From Candidatus Firestoneibacteriota bacterium (lineage in GTDB: Bacteria; Oederibacteriota; D2-FULL-39-29), in contig CAITEH010000039.1 of NCBI GenBank assembly GCA_903891415.1, positions 2,766 through 66,765 on the forward strand: a stretch of 64,000 nucleotides of DNA, read 5' to 3'. This document shows positions 21,107 to 29,619 of the stretch, piece after piece. Numbering within the stretch: the stretch's first letter is position 1; each line of letters opens with the position of its first letter. The notes below the pieces were generated by a model. That model did not search any database and was not told the DNA's origin. It saw only the letters and a list, made by a program, of their open reading frames with translations. The translations under genes were made by a program, and so were the position numbers.

Positions 21107-21196
21107 TCATTTTTTTTATTATTAAGATCAGTTCCGGGCCTTTTTCGTGTCACATCGCTGATTTTTTGAAGTAGATCTCCATAAAATTTTTATTAT

Positions 21197-22132
21197 TCAT
21201 TTTAAGAACTCCTGAAAAAGCCAGGTAGAAAGGTATCTTTCCCCAGTATCCGGAAGCAGCGCGACAATTAGTTTATTTTTGCTTTCCTGCCTTTTTGCAA
21301 TTTCCAGAGCGGCCCAGAGCGCGGCACCTGAAGAAATTCCGGCAAGTATACCTTCTTCTTTTGCCAGTATTTTTGCTGTTTTGCCTGCTTCCTCATTACT
21401 TACTTTGATAAATTCGTCAATAATATTTTTGTTAAGTATCTTCGGAATAAAATTTGCACCTATACCCTGGATCTTATGCGGGCCGGCTTTACCCTCAGAA
21501 AGCAGGGGAGAATCAAGCGGTTCCACTCCGATTATTTTTATTGCAGGTTTTCTTTTCTTTAGCACTTCACCGACCCCGGTTATCGTCCCGCCGGTGCCTA
21601 TGCCACTTACAAAATAGTCCACCTTACCGTCAGTATCTTTCCATATTTCTTCGGCAGTTGTTTTCCGGTGAACTTCCGGATTCGCCTCATTTTCAAATTG
21701 CTGTGGAATAAAACTGTTCTTTTGCTGTTTTGCCAGCTCTTTCGCTTTTTCAACGGCACCGCTCATTCCTTTACTCCCCTCGGTTAAGACAATGTCCGCG
21801 CCGAAGATCCGCAGGATGGCCCGCCTTTCCAGGCTCATAGTCTCCGGCATGGTAAGTATCAGTTTGTAGCCCCTCTGGGCGGCGACAAAAGCCAGGCCGA
21901 TACCGGTATTGCCGCTTGTCGGCTCGATAATTACCGTGTCCTTACTGATAAGGCCTTTTTTTTCGGCATCTTCGATCATCGCCAGGGCAATTCTCTCTTT
22001 TACACTGTGTATAGGGTTAAAGCTTTCAAGCTTGACCGCTATGGCGCCGTGCAGGCCTTCATTAATTTTATTTATCCTGACCAGCGGGGTATTTCCTATT
22101 GTTTTTGTAATATTTTCATATATTTTTGCCAT
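21197..22132 (-). CDS. cysK: Cysteine synthase A (O-acetylserine sulfhydrylase)
   Basis: PLP-lysine motif SVKER and [10 protein letters not shown] loop. The track start (22159) is an in-frame extension. The real start ATG at 22132 (MAKIYENI..) is preceded by aaaaggagagaat. Confidence 0.9.
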   Translation of the reverse strand: MAKIYENITKTIGNTPLVRINKINEGLHGAIAVKLESFNPIHSVKERIALAMIEDAEKKGLISKDTVIIEPTSGNTGIGLAFVAAQRGYKLILTMPETMSLERRAILRIFGADIVLTEGSKGMSGAVEKAKELAKQQKNSFIPQQFENEANPEVHRKTTAEEIWKDTDGKVDYFVSGIGTGGTITGVGEVLKKRKPAIKIIGVEPLDSPLLSEGKAGPHKIQGIGANFIPKILNKNIIDEFIKVSNEEAGKTAKILAKEEGILAGISSGAALWAALEIAKRQESKNKLIVALLPDTGERYLSTWLFQEFLK

Positions 22133-22148
22133 ATTCTCTCCTTTTAGT

Positions 22149-22598
22149 TTAGATCTCATAATTGACTATTTTATTTTTTTCCAGAGTTTCTTTTTTATGG
22201 CACATGTCCTCAAAGGTAACCCTGTCAACTACGCCGTTTATCATTTCTTTAATATCCTGCCATAAGGGACGGAAAGGACACCGCGTTTCATCATTGCATT
22301 TGCTTTTACAGGAACTGCTGACACAGCTGATAGGGGAGGTAAAACCCTCCGTAAGCCTTATTATTTCCCCGATAGTGATACTTGAAGGTTTTTTCGCAAG
22401 CATGTACCCTCCTTCAGTCCCTCTTTTACTGATAACATATCCTCCTCCCTTAAGCTGCAATAATATCTGTTCAAGATATTTTAAAGGTATGTCCTGACGC
22501 CTGGCTATGTCGCCTATCCTGGAAAGCCCCTTAGCGTAATTGCAGGACAGATCTAATATAGTTTTAAGTGCATAGTCTCCTTTAAAAGATATTCTCAC
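22149..22598 (-). CDS. Rrf2-family transcriptional regulator (IscR/CymR-like; three clustered Cys)
   Basis: 149 aa with an N-terminal wHTH (ALKTILDL...[16 protein letters not shown]). Cys cluster [16 protein letters not shown]. It lies directly upstream of cysK. Confidence 0.85.
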   Translation of the reverse strand: MRISFKGDYALKTILDLSCNYAKGLSRIGDIARRQDIPLKYLEQILLQLKGGGYVISKRGTEGGYMLAKKPSSITIGEIIRLTEGFTSPISCVSSSCKSKCNDETRCPFRPLWQDIKEMINGVVDRVTFEDMCHKKETLEKNKIVNYEI

Positions 22599-22728
22599 AT
22601 TTTTCTCCTACACTACTTTGTCTATCTAGTTAGTAGGGATTATAACAATATATTTTTATTTTGTCAAGTGTTTTTTTATTTTTTTTTACTTTCCGGACTC
22701 AATTCTTGACTATCAGTAAAAACCCTTT

Positions 22729-23619
22729 TCAGCTAATAAGTTCTTTAATAGCGGCCAAACTGAGTTTGGCGGTCCTGTCGAGATTTGCTTCCGAACCCCC
22801 GCCTCTAAGAGGCGAGCACATCTCATATATTACATAGCCTTTAAAGCCGCCTTCTTTAAGCCCTTTAAAGAACGCTTTATTGTTAATAAATCCATGTCCG
22901 ATAGGTACCGCTTTAACGATATCGGGCAAGGGTTTATAGTTTACTATTCCCGGCAGGTAGGCAAATCTTCTAAGTTTCACATAATCCGCAAGCGTGGTCT
23001 GGATCATCCGGGGCGCAAGTTGTTTTGCCGCTTTATACAGGTCATCCCCCTGCAAAGCAGGAGCCCAGGGATCAAACATGGCTTTGCAGTTGGGATGATT
23101 TACATCGTTCAAAAATTCAATATAGCTTTCAGTGGTAACAGCTATATCGTGGTGATTCTGCAAACCTATCATTATGCCGTGAGCCTCCGCGATCTCCGCG
23201 CATTCCCTGACGGCCCGGACGCATTTGACCCACTCTTCCATATAATTATCCGTATCATAAAAATACCCGCTGAATATTCTTATCTGTTTTGCTCCAAGTT
23301 TTTTTGCGATACCGCACAGGGTCTTAATATAGCCCACCTGCATGTCAACAAAAGGATTTCCCAGGGAGGTTTTTCCGCTTGTAAAATCATTATAAGCGGC
23401 AATAGTATGTATATCTATTTTGTATTTTTTCGCGGTATCCTTGATCTCGCTCAATTCTTTGCCGGTAATATGATTAAAAGAGATATGCGGCTTTTTTCCG
23501 GCTAGTTGAACCGCGGTATAGCCAAGCTTCGCGGCCTTTTTTAGGAATTCCAGGGTATCAAGCCTGTGCTGGCCCCAAAGCCCGGCGTAACTTACTGAAA
23601 ATAATGACGGTATTAGCAT
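22729..23619 (-). CDS. Sugar phosphate isomerase/epimerase (xylose isomerase-like TIM barrel)
   Basis: 296 aa. General TIM-barrel AP-endonuclease 2 / xylose-isomerase-like pattern. Weak family call. Confidence 0.55.
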   Translation of the reverse strand: MLIPSLFSVSYAGLWGQHRLDTLEFLKKAAKLGYTAVQLAGKKPHISFNHITGKELSEIKDTAKKYKIDIHTIAAYNDFTSGKTSLGNPFVDMQVGYIKTLCGIAKKLGAKQIRIFSGYFYDTDNYMEEWVKCVRAVRECAEIAEAHGIMIGLQNHHDIAVTTESYIEFLNDVNHPNCKAMFDPWAPALQGDDLYKAAKQLAPRMIQTTLADYVKLRRFAYLPGIVNYKPLPDIVKAVPIGHGFINNKAFFKGLKEGGFKGYVIYEMCSPLRGGGSEANLDRTAKLSLAAIKELIS

Positions 23620-23670
23620 AAGCTGTCTCCTTTTTTAACTTCATAATAATATTTTTAATTGTCCCCTGTA

Positions 23671-25623
23671 TCAGGGTTTATTTACCGGTTTAAGATTCCG
23701 GCTTAACATATCCCTATTTTTGATCGCGCTCTTATTTCCGGGATTTAGTAATACCGCCTGCTCAAAGTCATCCAGCGCCCTCTTGTAGTCCTTAAGGTTA
23801 AAGTAAGAGATCCCGCGGTTATTATAGTATTCCGATTTCCCTTTTTCTTTTTTTATTGCCCTCGAATAATCCGCGACGGCCTCATTATGTTCTCCCAGTT
23901 TTCTGAATATATTCCCGCGGTTATAGTAGTATTCCGGCAGGGCGTCATTATTCATTGCTTTGATAGCGGCATCAAATTCCTTTAAAGCGCTTAAATTATC
24001 ATTTAACGCGCTTAAAGCCACACCCTTATTATTAAGATATTCCGGATTGCCCGGATTAAAGACCAGGGCCTCCGTGTAGCTTACTACCGCGCCCCTGTAG
24101 TTACCCTGCGCAAGACAGGTCCTGCCGTCTTCCACTGCCTGGGCTTCCTCTCTGTTTATTCCCCTTTTTACCTTACTTTCCAGCCTGTCACAGAGTTCAT
24201 ACAACCGGAGGGCGTTTTCTGCCTCTTTTGGGTTATAGCTCTTCATGCTCTCTATATCAGACCTGGCTTTTGTAAACTCTCCCAGACGTATATAGGTAAG
24301 CGCTCTTTGTTTATAAGCAAATTTAGATCCCGGGTCCAGTTCTAGCGTCCTGTTAAAATGTGAAAGTGCAGGAGCGTATTCCCCCTTGTCAAAATAATAA
24401 GCAGCCAGGTTATAATCGGCTATCCAGTATTTATTATCTTTCTTTAAAGCATCTTTCCATATAGTTTCGCCGTCGTACCAGGCAAAACATCTTATAAACG
24501 TAAGAGCTCCCAGTAACATGATCACCAAAACTATTACTGCGGTAAGAATTTTTCTTTTGACCTCGTTTATTCCATATTCACCGTAAAGTTTTTCCACGAC
24601 CGTGCCTGCGAGGAAAAAAAGCCCCAGCGCCGGGATATAAGTATACCGGTCCGCGGGAATACCCAAACCAAACGGCACCAATTGAAGCATAGGAAATATT
24701 GCCGCCAAAAAGAACAGGGCGCCAAAGTTCAGGAGCTTATTTTTATAGTAAATAATAGCGGCAACTGCCAGTATTAAAAGCGCTATTAAGGGCAGCATGC
24801 CCGTCAAGGCAGCAGGATAGGGATAAACATTGGAGAGTTCCAAAGGCGCGATAAGTTTATTAAGGTAAAACCCGAGATTATAGAGCGCATTTAAAATATT
24901 ATCCGCAAAACCGGAAATTTTTTCAATTTTCACAGTTTCTTCGGCTTTTTGCATAAAAAAAGCAAGCACGCCGAATACCAGGGTGAAAATGAAGAAAGGG
25001 AGCTTTTCCAGGACAGCTTTCCTGTCATATTTCCGGCCGTTATAATGATCAAGCAGAAAAAGTAAAAAAGGCAGGGTAACGGCCGTTGCTTTTGAAAAAC
25101 AGGAAAGAATAAAACCGGTCAAGGCCAGATAAAGATAGGAATTTTTTCTGAATTTTTGATATTGCAGGTAGCAAATTAAAGACAACAAATAGAACATCGC
25201 ATAAAGAACATCTTTTCTTTCCGCCAGCCAGGCGACCGATTCCACGCGCAAAGGATGAAGCGCAAAAAGCAAAGCAGTAATAAAAGCGACCCGGTTATTC
25301 CCGCAAAGCAAAATAATAAAGCAGAAGGCCAGTAGACAATTAAAAAGGTGCAAAAGCAGATTGTCCAGGTGGTAATAAAAAGGATCCAATTTAAAAAAAG
25401 TGTATTCAAGATCATACGATAATATCGTTAAAGGCAGATAATCTTTATAATATTTTGCGGTAAATATTTTTGCCGTATTTTGAAAACTAAGTTCCCTGAT
25501 AACTCCGTTATTAAGAATATAATGATCGTCATCCCAGTTGGTAAATTTATTGTTTAAGGAAGGGAAAAAAGCCAGGAAAGTTATTGCCAGTAATAACCCA
25601 AGTAAGAGTTTTCTGTTTTTCAT
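23671..25623 (-). CDS. Polytopic membrane protein with C-terminal TPR repeats (PMT/ArnT-like glycosyltransferase-39-type N-domain)
   Basis: 650 aa. The first ~350 aa are multi-pass hydrophobic and include a DDxY-like block (NWDDDHYIL). The last ~260 aa carry TPR-like repeats (AYYF..A...F..AL.L.P). Confidence 0.65.
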   Translation of the reverse strand: MKNRKLLLGLLLAITFLAFFPSLNNKFTNWDDDHYILNNGVIRELSFQNTAKIFTAKYYKDYLPLTILSYDLEYTFFKLDPFYYHLDNLLLHLFNCLLAFCFIILLCGNNRVAFITALLFALHPLRVESVAWLAERKDVLYAMFYLLSLICYLQYQKFRKNSYLYLALTGFILSCFSKATAVTLPFLLFLLDHYNGRKYDRKAVLEKLPFFIFTLVFGVLAFFMQKAEETVKIEKISGFADNILNALYNLGFYLNKLIAPLELSNVYPYPAALTGMLPLIALLILAVAAIIYYKNKLLNFGALFFLAAIFPMLQLVPFGLGIPADRYTYIPALGLFFLAGTVVEKLYGEYGINEVKRKILTAVIVLVIMLLGALTFIRCFAWYDGETIWKDALKKDNKYWIADYNLAAYYFDKGEYAPALSHFNRTLELDPGSKFAYKQRALTYIRLGEFTKARSDIESMKSYNPKEAENALRLYELCDRLESKVKRGINREEAQAVEDGRTCLAQGNYRGAVVSYTEALVFNPGNPEYLNNKGVALSALNDNLSALKEFDAAIKAMNNDALPEYYYNRGNIFRKLGEHNEAVADYSRAIKKEKGKSEYYNNRGISYFNLKDYKRALDDFEQAVLLNPGNKSAIKNRDMLSRNLKPVNKP

Positions 25624-25760
25624 TGCTCCTCAGGTATTATAAATGTTCATTTTTTGCCGTATGAACACCGGCTAATGTTCAGGAATTGACCTACCTTTGT
25701 CAAATTTTCTATTCTCCATTGCCCAATTGCTCCATAAAATTTACTCTGCAGTAAAATTTA

Positions 25761-25836
25761 TGGAGCTGGAGATCAGGATCGAACTGACGACCTTCGCATT
25801 ACAAGTGCGATGCTCTACCAACTGAGCTACTCCAGC
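25761..25836 (-). tRNA. tRNA-Thr (anticodon TGT), CCA encoded
   Basis: The reverse complement reads GCTGGAGTAGCTCAGTTGGTAGAGCATCGCACTTGTAATGCGAAGGTCGTCAGTTCGATCCTGATCTCCAGCTCCA. It has a 7-bp acceptor stem, a D-loop AGTTGGTAGAGC, anticodon loop CTTGTAA and T-loop TTCGATC. Confidence 0.9.
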
Positions 25837-26033
25837 TGCCTAGGTACGCTTATTTAATATGCTTAACAGGCCTATTCAAAGCTATCTGCAACAATGTTAG
25901 TATTATACCCGATTCAGGGCAGATAAGTAAACTGTCATTGGGAAATAACAAGAGTTTATATTTATGCCGCTTTTTCACCGGCTTTGCCGTTCAGGAAACT
26001 CCCGGCAGGGAACACAAGTTGGCACGGTCCTAT

Positions 26034-27071
26034 TTATTTAGCAAATAGTTTCTTAAGCTTTCCGGTAAAAGGAGGCCGTATCACGCCTTTCTCCGTAATT
26101 ATCCCGGTTATTAATTCATGCGGAGTCACATCAAAGGCGGGATTATATACTTTTATTTTATCCGGAGCGGTCTTTACGCCTTGAAGCCCGGTTACTTCTT
26201 CCGCTTTCCTTTCTTCTATAGGTATCAATTTTCCCGAACTTAAAGTAATATCTATGGTCGAGGTTGGAGCACAGATATAAAAAGGTATCTTAAAGTTCTT
26301 TGCCAGGACCGCCAGCATATAGGTCCCTATCTTATTTGCGGTATCGCCATTAGCGGTGATCCTGTCCGCCCCGGCAATTACGCCCTGAATAAGGCCTTTT
26401 GACATGATGTAGCAGGACATATTGTCGGTTATCAAACGAAAAGGGATCCCTGCCCTTTTCAGTTCCCAGGCCGTCAATCTTGAACCTTGCAGGAGGGGCC
26501 TGGTTTCACACGCGACAACGCTTATTTTCCTGCCTTGTTTGTGGGCTTCATTGAGCACTCCAAAAGCAGTGCCCACACCCGCGGTCGCTAGGACCCCGGT
26601 GTTACAGATGGTCATAACAGTCGACCCTTTTCTTAAAAGTTTCGCTCCATTTTTTGCCATCCGGGTATTTATCAGTATATCCTGCTTTTCAATAAGCCTG
26701 GCTTCTTTAACTATCTGCTTTTTAATTTCAGGAAGAGAAAGTTTATAAAGCGCGATAATTTTTGCCGTCATCCGGTCAAGCGCCCAGAATAAATTTACCG
26801 CGGTCGGCCGGCTCTGCCTCAACTCTTCTATCGCAAAAGCAACTTCTTTATAAAACTTCGTTTTGTCCCTGCTTTTAGCCCGGAGCACGGCAAGAGCGGT
26901 ACCGTAAGCCGCGGCCACACCGATAGCCGGGGCCCCCCTTACGGCCAGGGTCTTGATACAGTCTACCACCTGCCTGTAATTTTTGCAGTTAATATAGACT
27001 TCCTGCCCGGGAAGGCGTCTCTGGTCTATCATTACAGCGGTATTATTTTTCCAGGCAACAGTAGGGAGCAT
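26034..27071 (-). CDS. mtnA: S-methyl-5-thioribose-1-phosphate isomerase (eIF-2B alpha/beta/delta-like)
   Basis: 345 aa. MtnA/eIF2B family blocks are present: RGAPAIGVAAAYG, TICNTG and GADRI. Confidence 0.85.
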   Translation of the reverse strand: MLPTVAWKNNTAVMIDQRRLPGQEVYINCKNYRQVVDCIKTLAVRGAPAIGVAAAYGTALAVLRAKSRDKTKFYKEVAFAIEELRQSRPTAVNLFWALDRMTAKIIALYKLSLPEIKKQIVKEARLIEKQDILINTRMAKNGAKLLRKGSTVMTICNTGVLATAGVGTAFGVLNEAHKQGRKISVVACETRPLLQGSRLTAWELKRAGIPFRLITDNMSCYIMSKGLIQGVIAGADRITANGDTANKIGTYMLAVLAKNFKIPFYICAPTSTIDITLSSGKLIPIEERKAEEVTGLQGVKTAPDKIKVYNPAFDVTPHELITGIITEKGVIRPPFTGKLKKLFAK

Positions 27072-27901
27072 CAGAGCTTAATTTCCCTTACCACCGAGCT
27101 CATGATCTTCGTAAGATCCGGTTCGGCCCGCGCGGCATTACCTATTATTTTCTCTATATTCGCTATTTCCAGATGGCCGGGTATACACATATCGGTAACA
27201 ACAGAGATACCCAATACCCTTAAGCCGCAGTATCTGGCGACTATAACTTCCGGTACCGTCGACATTCCGACAGCGTCCCCGCCGATAGCAATAAGAAACT
27301 TATATTCGGCTTCAGTTTCCAGATTCGGCCCGAGAACACCTATATAGACCCCTTTATGCAGTTTAATCCCGAGTTTTTTTGCTATTTTTGCCGCAATTTT
27401 CATTAATTCCGCGTCATAGGTCTGAAACATATCCGGCCACCTGGGGCCGAGTTTATCATCATTTGGGCCCGCCAGCGGGTTGCTCCCGAGCAGCAGGGAA
27501 TTATGATCAGAGATCATCATAAGTTCACCGGCCTTATATTTTTTATTTAAGCCGCCGGCGGCATTTGAGACCATGAGTATCCGGGCCCCAAGCTTTTTCA
27601 TCACGTATACAGGGAACGTAACCTGCCTGTAATCATAACCTTCGTATCTGTGAAACCGCCCCTGCATGGCAACAACTTTTTTATCTCCCAGCTCCCCGAT
27701 TATTAATTTTCCCGCATGCGCCTCAACAGTTGAGAGCGGGAAATTGGGAATTTCCCCGTAATTTATCTCTACTTTATTTTTTATTTCCTTCACCAGGCCG
27801 CCGAGTCCGGTCCCCAAAATTATCGCGACCTCCGGGACAATTTTGGATATCGACCTTATTTTGCTGACAGCTTGATCTATTTGTTGACTCAACTCGCTCA
27901 T
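27071..27901 (-). CDS. Purine nucleoside / 5'-methylthioadenosine phosphorylase (PNP family I). It is probably the MTA phosphorylase of the salvage pair.
   Basis: 276 aa with the GRFHRYEGY phosphate-binding block typical of trimeric PNP/MTAP. It shares a 1-nt stop/start overlap with mtnA. Confidence 0.8.
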   Translation of the reverse strand: MSELSQQIDQAVSKIRSISKIVPEVAIILGTGLGGLVKEIKNKVEINYGEIPNFPLSTVEAHAGKLIIGELGDKKVVAMQGRFHRYEGYDYRQVTFPVYVMKKLGARILMVSNAAGGLNKKYKAGELMMISDHNSLLLGSNPLAGPNDDKLGPRWPDMFQTYDAELMKIAAKIAKKLGIKLHKGVYIGVLGPNLETEAEYKFLIAIGGDAVGMSTVPEVIVARYCGLRVLGISVVTDMCIPGHLEIANIEKIIGNAARAEPDLTKIMSSVVREIKL

Positions 27902-27962
27902 TAGGACCTCCTTAATATATTTTATTAAGCCGTTTTTAGATCCCTTTCTCCGGCCATCCCGC

Positions 27963-28757
27963 TTATTGCGCCAGCTCTTTAGACCTTTTTTTCGCGGCTT
28001 TCACGGCCTGAATTATTATTTCTTTGAATTCCCTTTTTTCAAATATTGAAAGCGCGGCGGCTGTTGTTCCGCCGGGAGATGTTACTTTTCTCCTCAAAAT
28101 TGCCGGTTCTTCAGAGGATTCCAGAATCATCTTTGCTCCACCCAGCAAGGTGTTTGCCACCAGTAACTTTGCGCTTGCTTTATCAATACCGCACTTGATC
28201 GCGGCGTCTAGTAATGCTTCAGCAAACAAAAACACATAGGCCGGACCGCTCCCGCTGACGGCCGTAACGGCATCCATAAGCTTCTCTTCAACTTCCAGCA
28301 CTTTACCGGCGGCGGCAAATATCTTTTTTGTTTTTTCCAGCTGGGTCCTGCTTGCAAATTTTCCTTTACAGATCCCCGCCATGCCTGAAAGTACAAGCGC
28401 CGGAGTATTCGGCATAACCCTGATAACCGGCAATTTTTTGCCTGTTTTCTCAAAAAATCCGGTAGTTATGCCGGCCATAATAGAAATAATGAAAGCCCCC
28501 TGTTTAATATCCGCCAGCGCTTCTTTTATTGAGCCGGCATCTTTTGGTTTTACGGCAACTATTATTACCTCAGAACCGCGTATAACGGCATTATTTGACA
28601 AGGCAGGAACTACACCATATTTTTTCTTCAGCTCAGCCAGCCGGGGCTTAATAATATCACTGATAATTATTTCTGAGGGCTTAGCAGTTTTTGTTCTTAA
28701 AAGGCCTGCAATAATGGCCTCAGCCATGTTTCCTGCGCCGATAAAACCGATCTTCAC
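27963..28757 (-). CDS. proC: Pyrroline-5-carboxylate reductase
   Basis: Track ORF 27963..28775 (TTG). The better start is GTG at 28757 (MKIGFIGAGNMA) with RBS GGGGAGG 6 nt upstream. Rossmann GxGxxA motif. Confidence 0.9.
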   Translation of the reverse strand: MKIGFIGAGNMAEAIIAGLLRTKTAKPSEIIISDIIKPRLAELKKKYGVVPALSNNAVIRGSEVIIVAVKPKDAGSIKEALADIKQGAFIISIMAGITTGFFEKTGKKLPVIRVMPNTPALVLSGMAGICKGKFASRTQLEKTKKIFAAAGKVLEVEEKLMDAVTAVSGSGPAYVFLFAEALLDAAIKCGIDKASAKLLVANTLLGGAKMILESSEEPAILRRKVTSPGGTTAAALSIFEKREFKEIIIQAVKAAKKRSKELAQ

Positions 28758-28783
28758 AAAATACCTCCCCCACAAAAATAATA

Positions 28784-28912
28784 GTCTATAAGGTCCGTAA
28801 GGTCTAAAAGTCCATAATGTCCGTAATGTCCGTAAAGTCTGAAAGGGTAAAAGTTCTAAGAATTTTGTTCCTAGACTTTATAGACCTTATTAACTTTATT
28901 AACCTTACGAAC
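28784..28912. repeat. Palindromic array of 9-bp units, locus C. It has 7 direct units (gtctataag gtccgtaag gtctaaaa gtccataat gtccgtaat gtccgtaaa gtctgaaag) followed by about 4 inverted units (..tttatagac cttattaac tttattaac cttacgaac).
   Basis: Read directly. It fills the yggS-proC intergenic region. The direct arm is 28784-28845 and the inverted arm 28871-28912, so the RNA could fold as a long imperfect hairpin. Confidence 0.6.
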
Positions 28913-28917
28913 CTTTT

Positions 28918-29619
28918 TTAATTCCTTTTACCAAAAATTGCCGAACCTACTCTGACCATGGTTGCACCTTCTTCTATTGCTGTCTCATAATCCTGGCTCA
29001 TACCCATGGAAAGGTGCTTAAGATCAAGGTTCGAAGACACTCCGGCGGCCGGCACTTTTAGCTGCTCAAAAAGTTCTTTCATTCTTTTAAAAAACGGCCT
29101 TACAGCTTCCGGAGCCGGCATAAGAGGCGCAACAGTCATCAGCCCTTCGAAGCTGACATTTCCAAGCCCCGCAGCAGCCCGAATAAAGCCCGCAGCATCT
29201 TCAAATTTCATGCCATACTTCGAGCTTTCGCTGCCGGAATTTATCTCAATAAGACAGGATACTTTTTTATTGTTTTTTTTGGCCTCATTATTTATCTCTT
29301 CGGCAAGACGCAGGCTGTCAACTGAATGAATAAGGTCGAAGATCCTGACGGCGTCCCTGACTTTATTGGTCTGGAGATGCCCTATCATATGCCAGGTAAT
29401 TTTCCGGCCGGCAAGCTGGGGATATTTTAATTTTGCTTCCTGAATACGGTTTTCACCTATCCCGGTAACTCCGGCTTCAAGAGCTTCAATAATGCCGGGT
29501 ACTCCGACGGTCTTAGAAACAGCAACAAGTTTTACGGCTTCCGGAGCCCTGCCGGATCTGCGCGCGGCAGCTGCTATCCTATTTTTCACCTCTTCTAAAT
29601 TTACCGCTATTCTGCTCAT
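28918..29619 (-). CDS. yggS: YggS-family pyridoxal-phosphate homeostasis protein
   Basis: 233 aa alanine-racemase N-domain-like fold with the conserved lysine in VAVSKT. This is the classic yggS-proC pair. Confidence 0.9.
   Translation of the reverse strand: MSRIAVNLEEVKNRIAAAARRSGRAPEAVKLVAVSKTVGVPGIIEALEAGVTGIGENRIQEAKLKYPQLAGRKITWHMIGHLQTNKVRDAVRIFDLIHSVDSLRLAEEINNEAKKNNKKVSCLIEINSGSESSKYGMKFEDAAGFIRAAAGLGNVSFEGLMTVAPLMPAPEAVRPFFKRMKELFEQLKVPAAGVSSNLDLKHLSMGMSQDYETAIEEGATMVRVGSAIFGKRN

Noticed and set aside
25837-26033. Hidden ncRNA or small ORF in the 197-nt gap between mtnA and tRNA-Thr
   Set aside because: A TATAAT is present on the minus strand but there is no clean -35. There is no conserved ncRNA motif (SRP, RNase P, 6S or tmRNA signatures are absent). 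This is most likely just the tRNA promoter region.
27963-28775. N-terminally extended starts given by the track for proC (TTG 28775), cysK (22159), rimP (37674), atpD (44068), smc (40979) and HU (32041)
   Set aside because: In each case a downstream start gives the family-typical N-terminus and has a proper Shine-Dalgarno. The extensions run through RBS sequence or overlap neighbouring genes or the terminator.
28784-28912. Could the 9-bp repeats be a CRISPR array?
   Set aside because: The units are 8-9 nt and contiguous with no spacers. The copies are degenerate. There are no cas genes in the window. This is not CRISPR.
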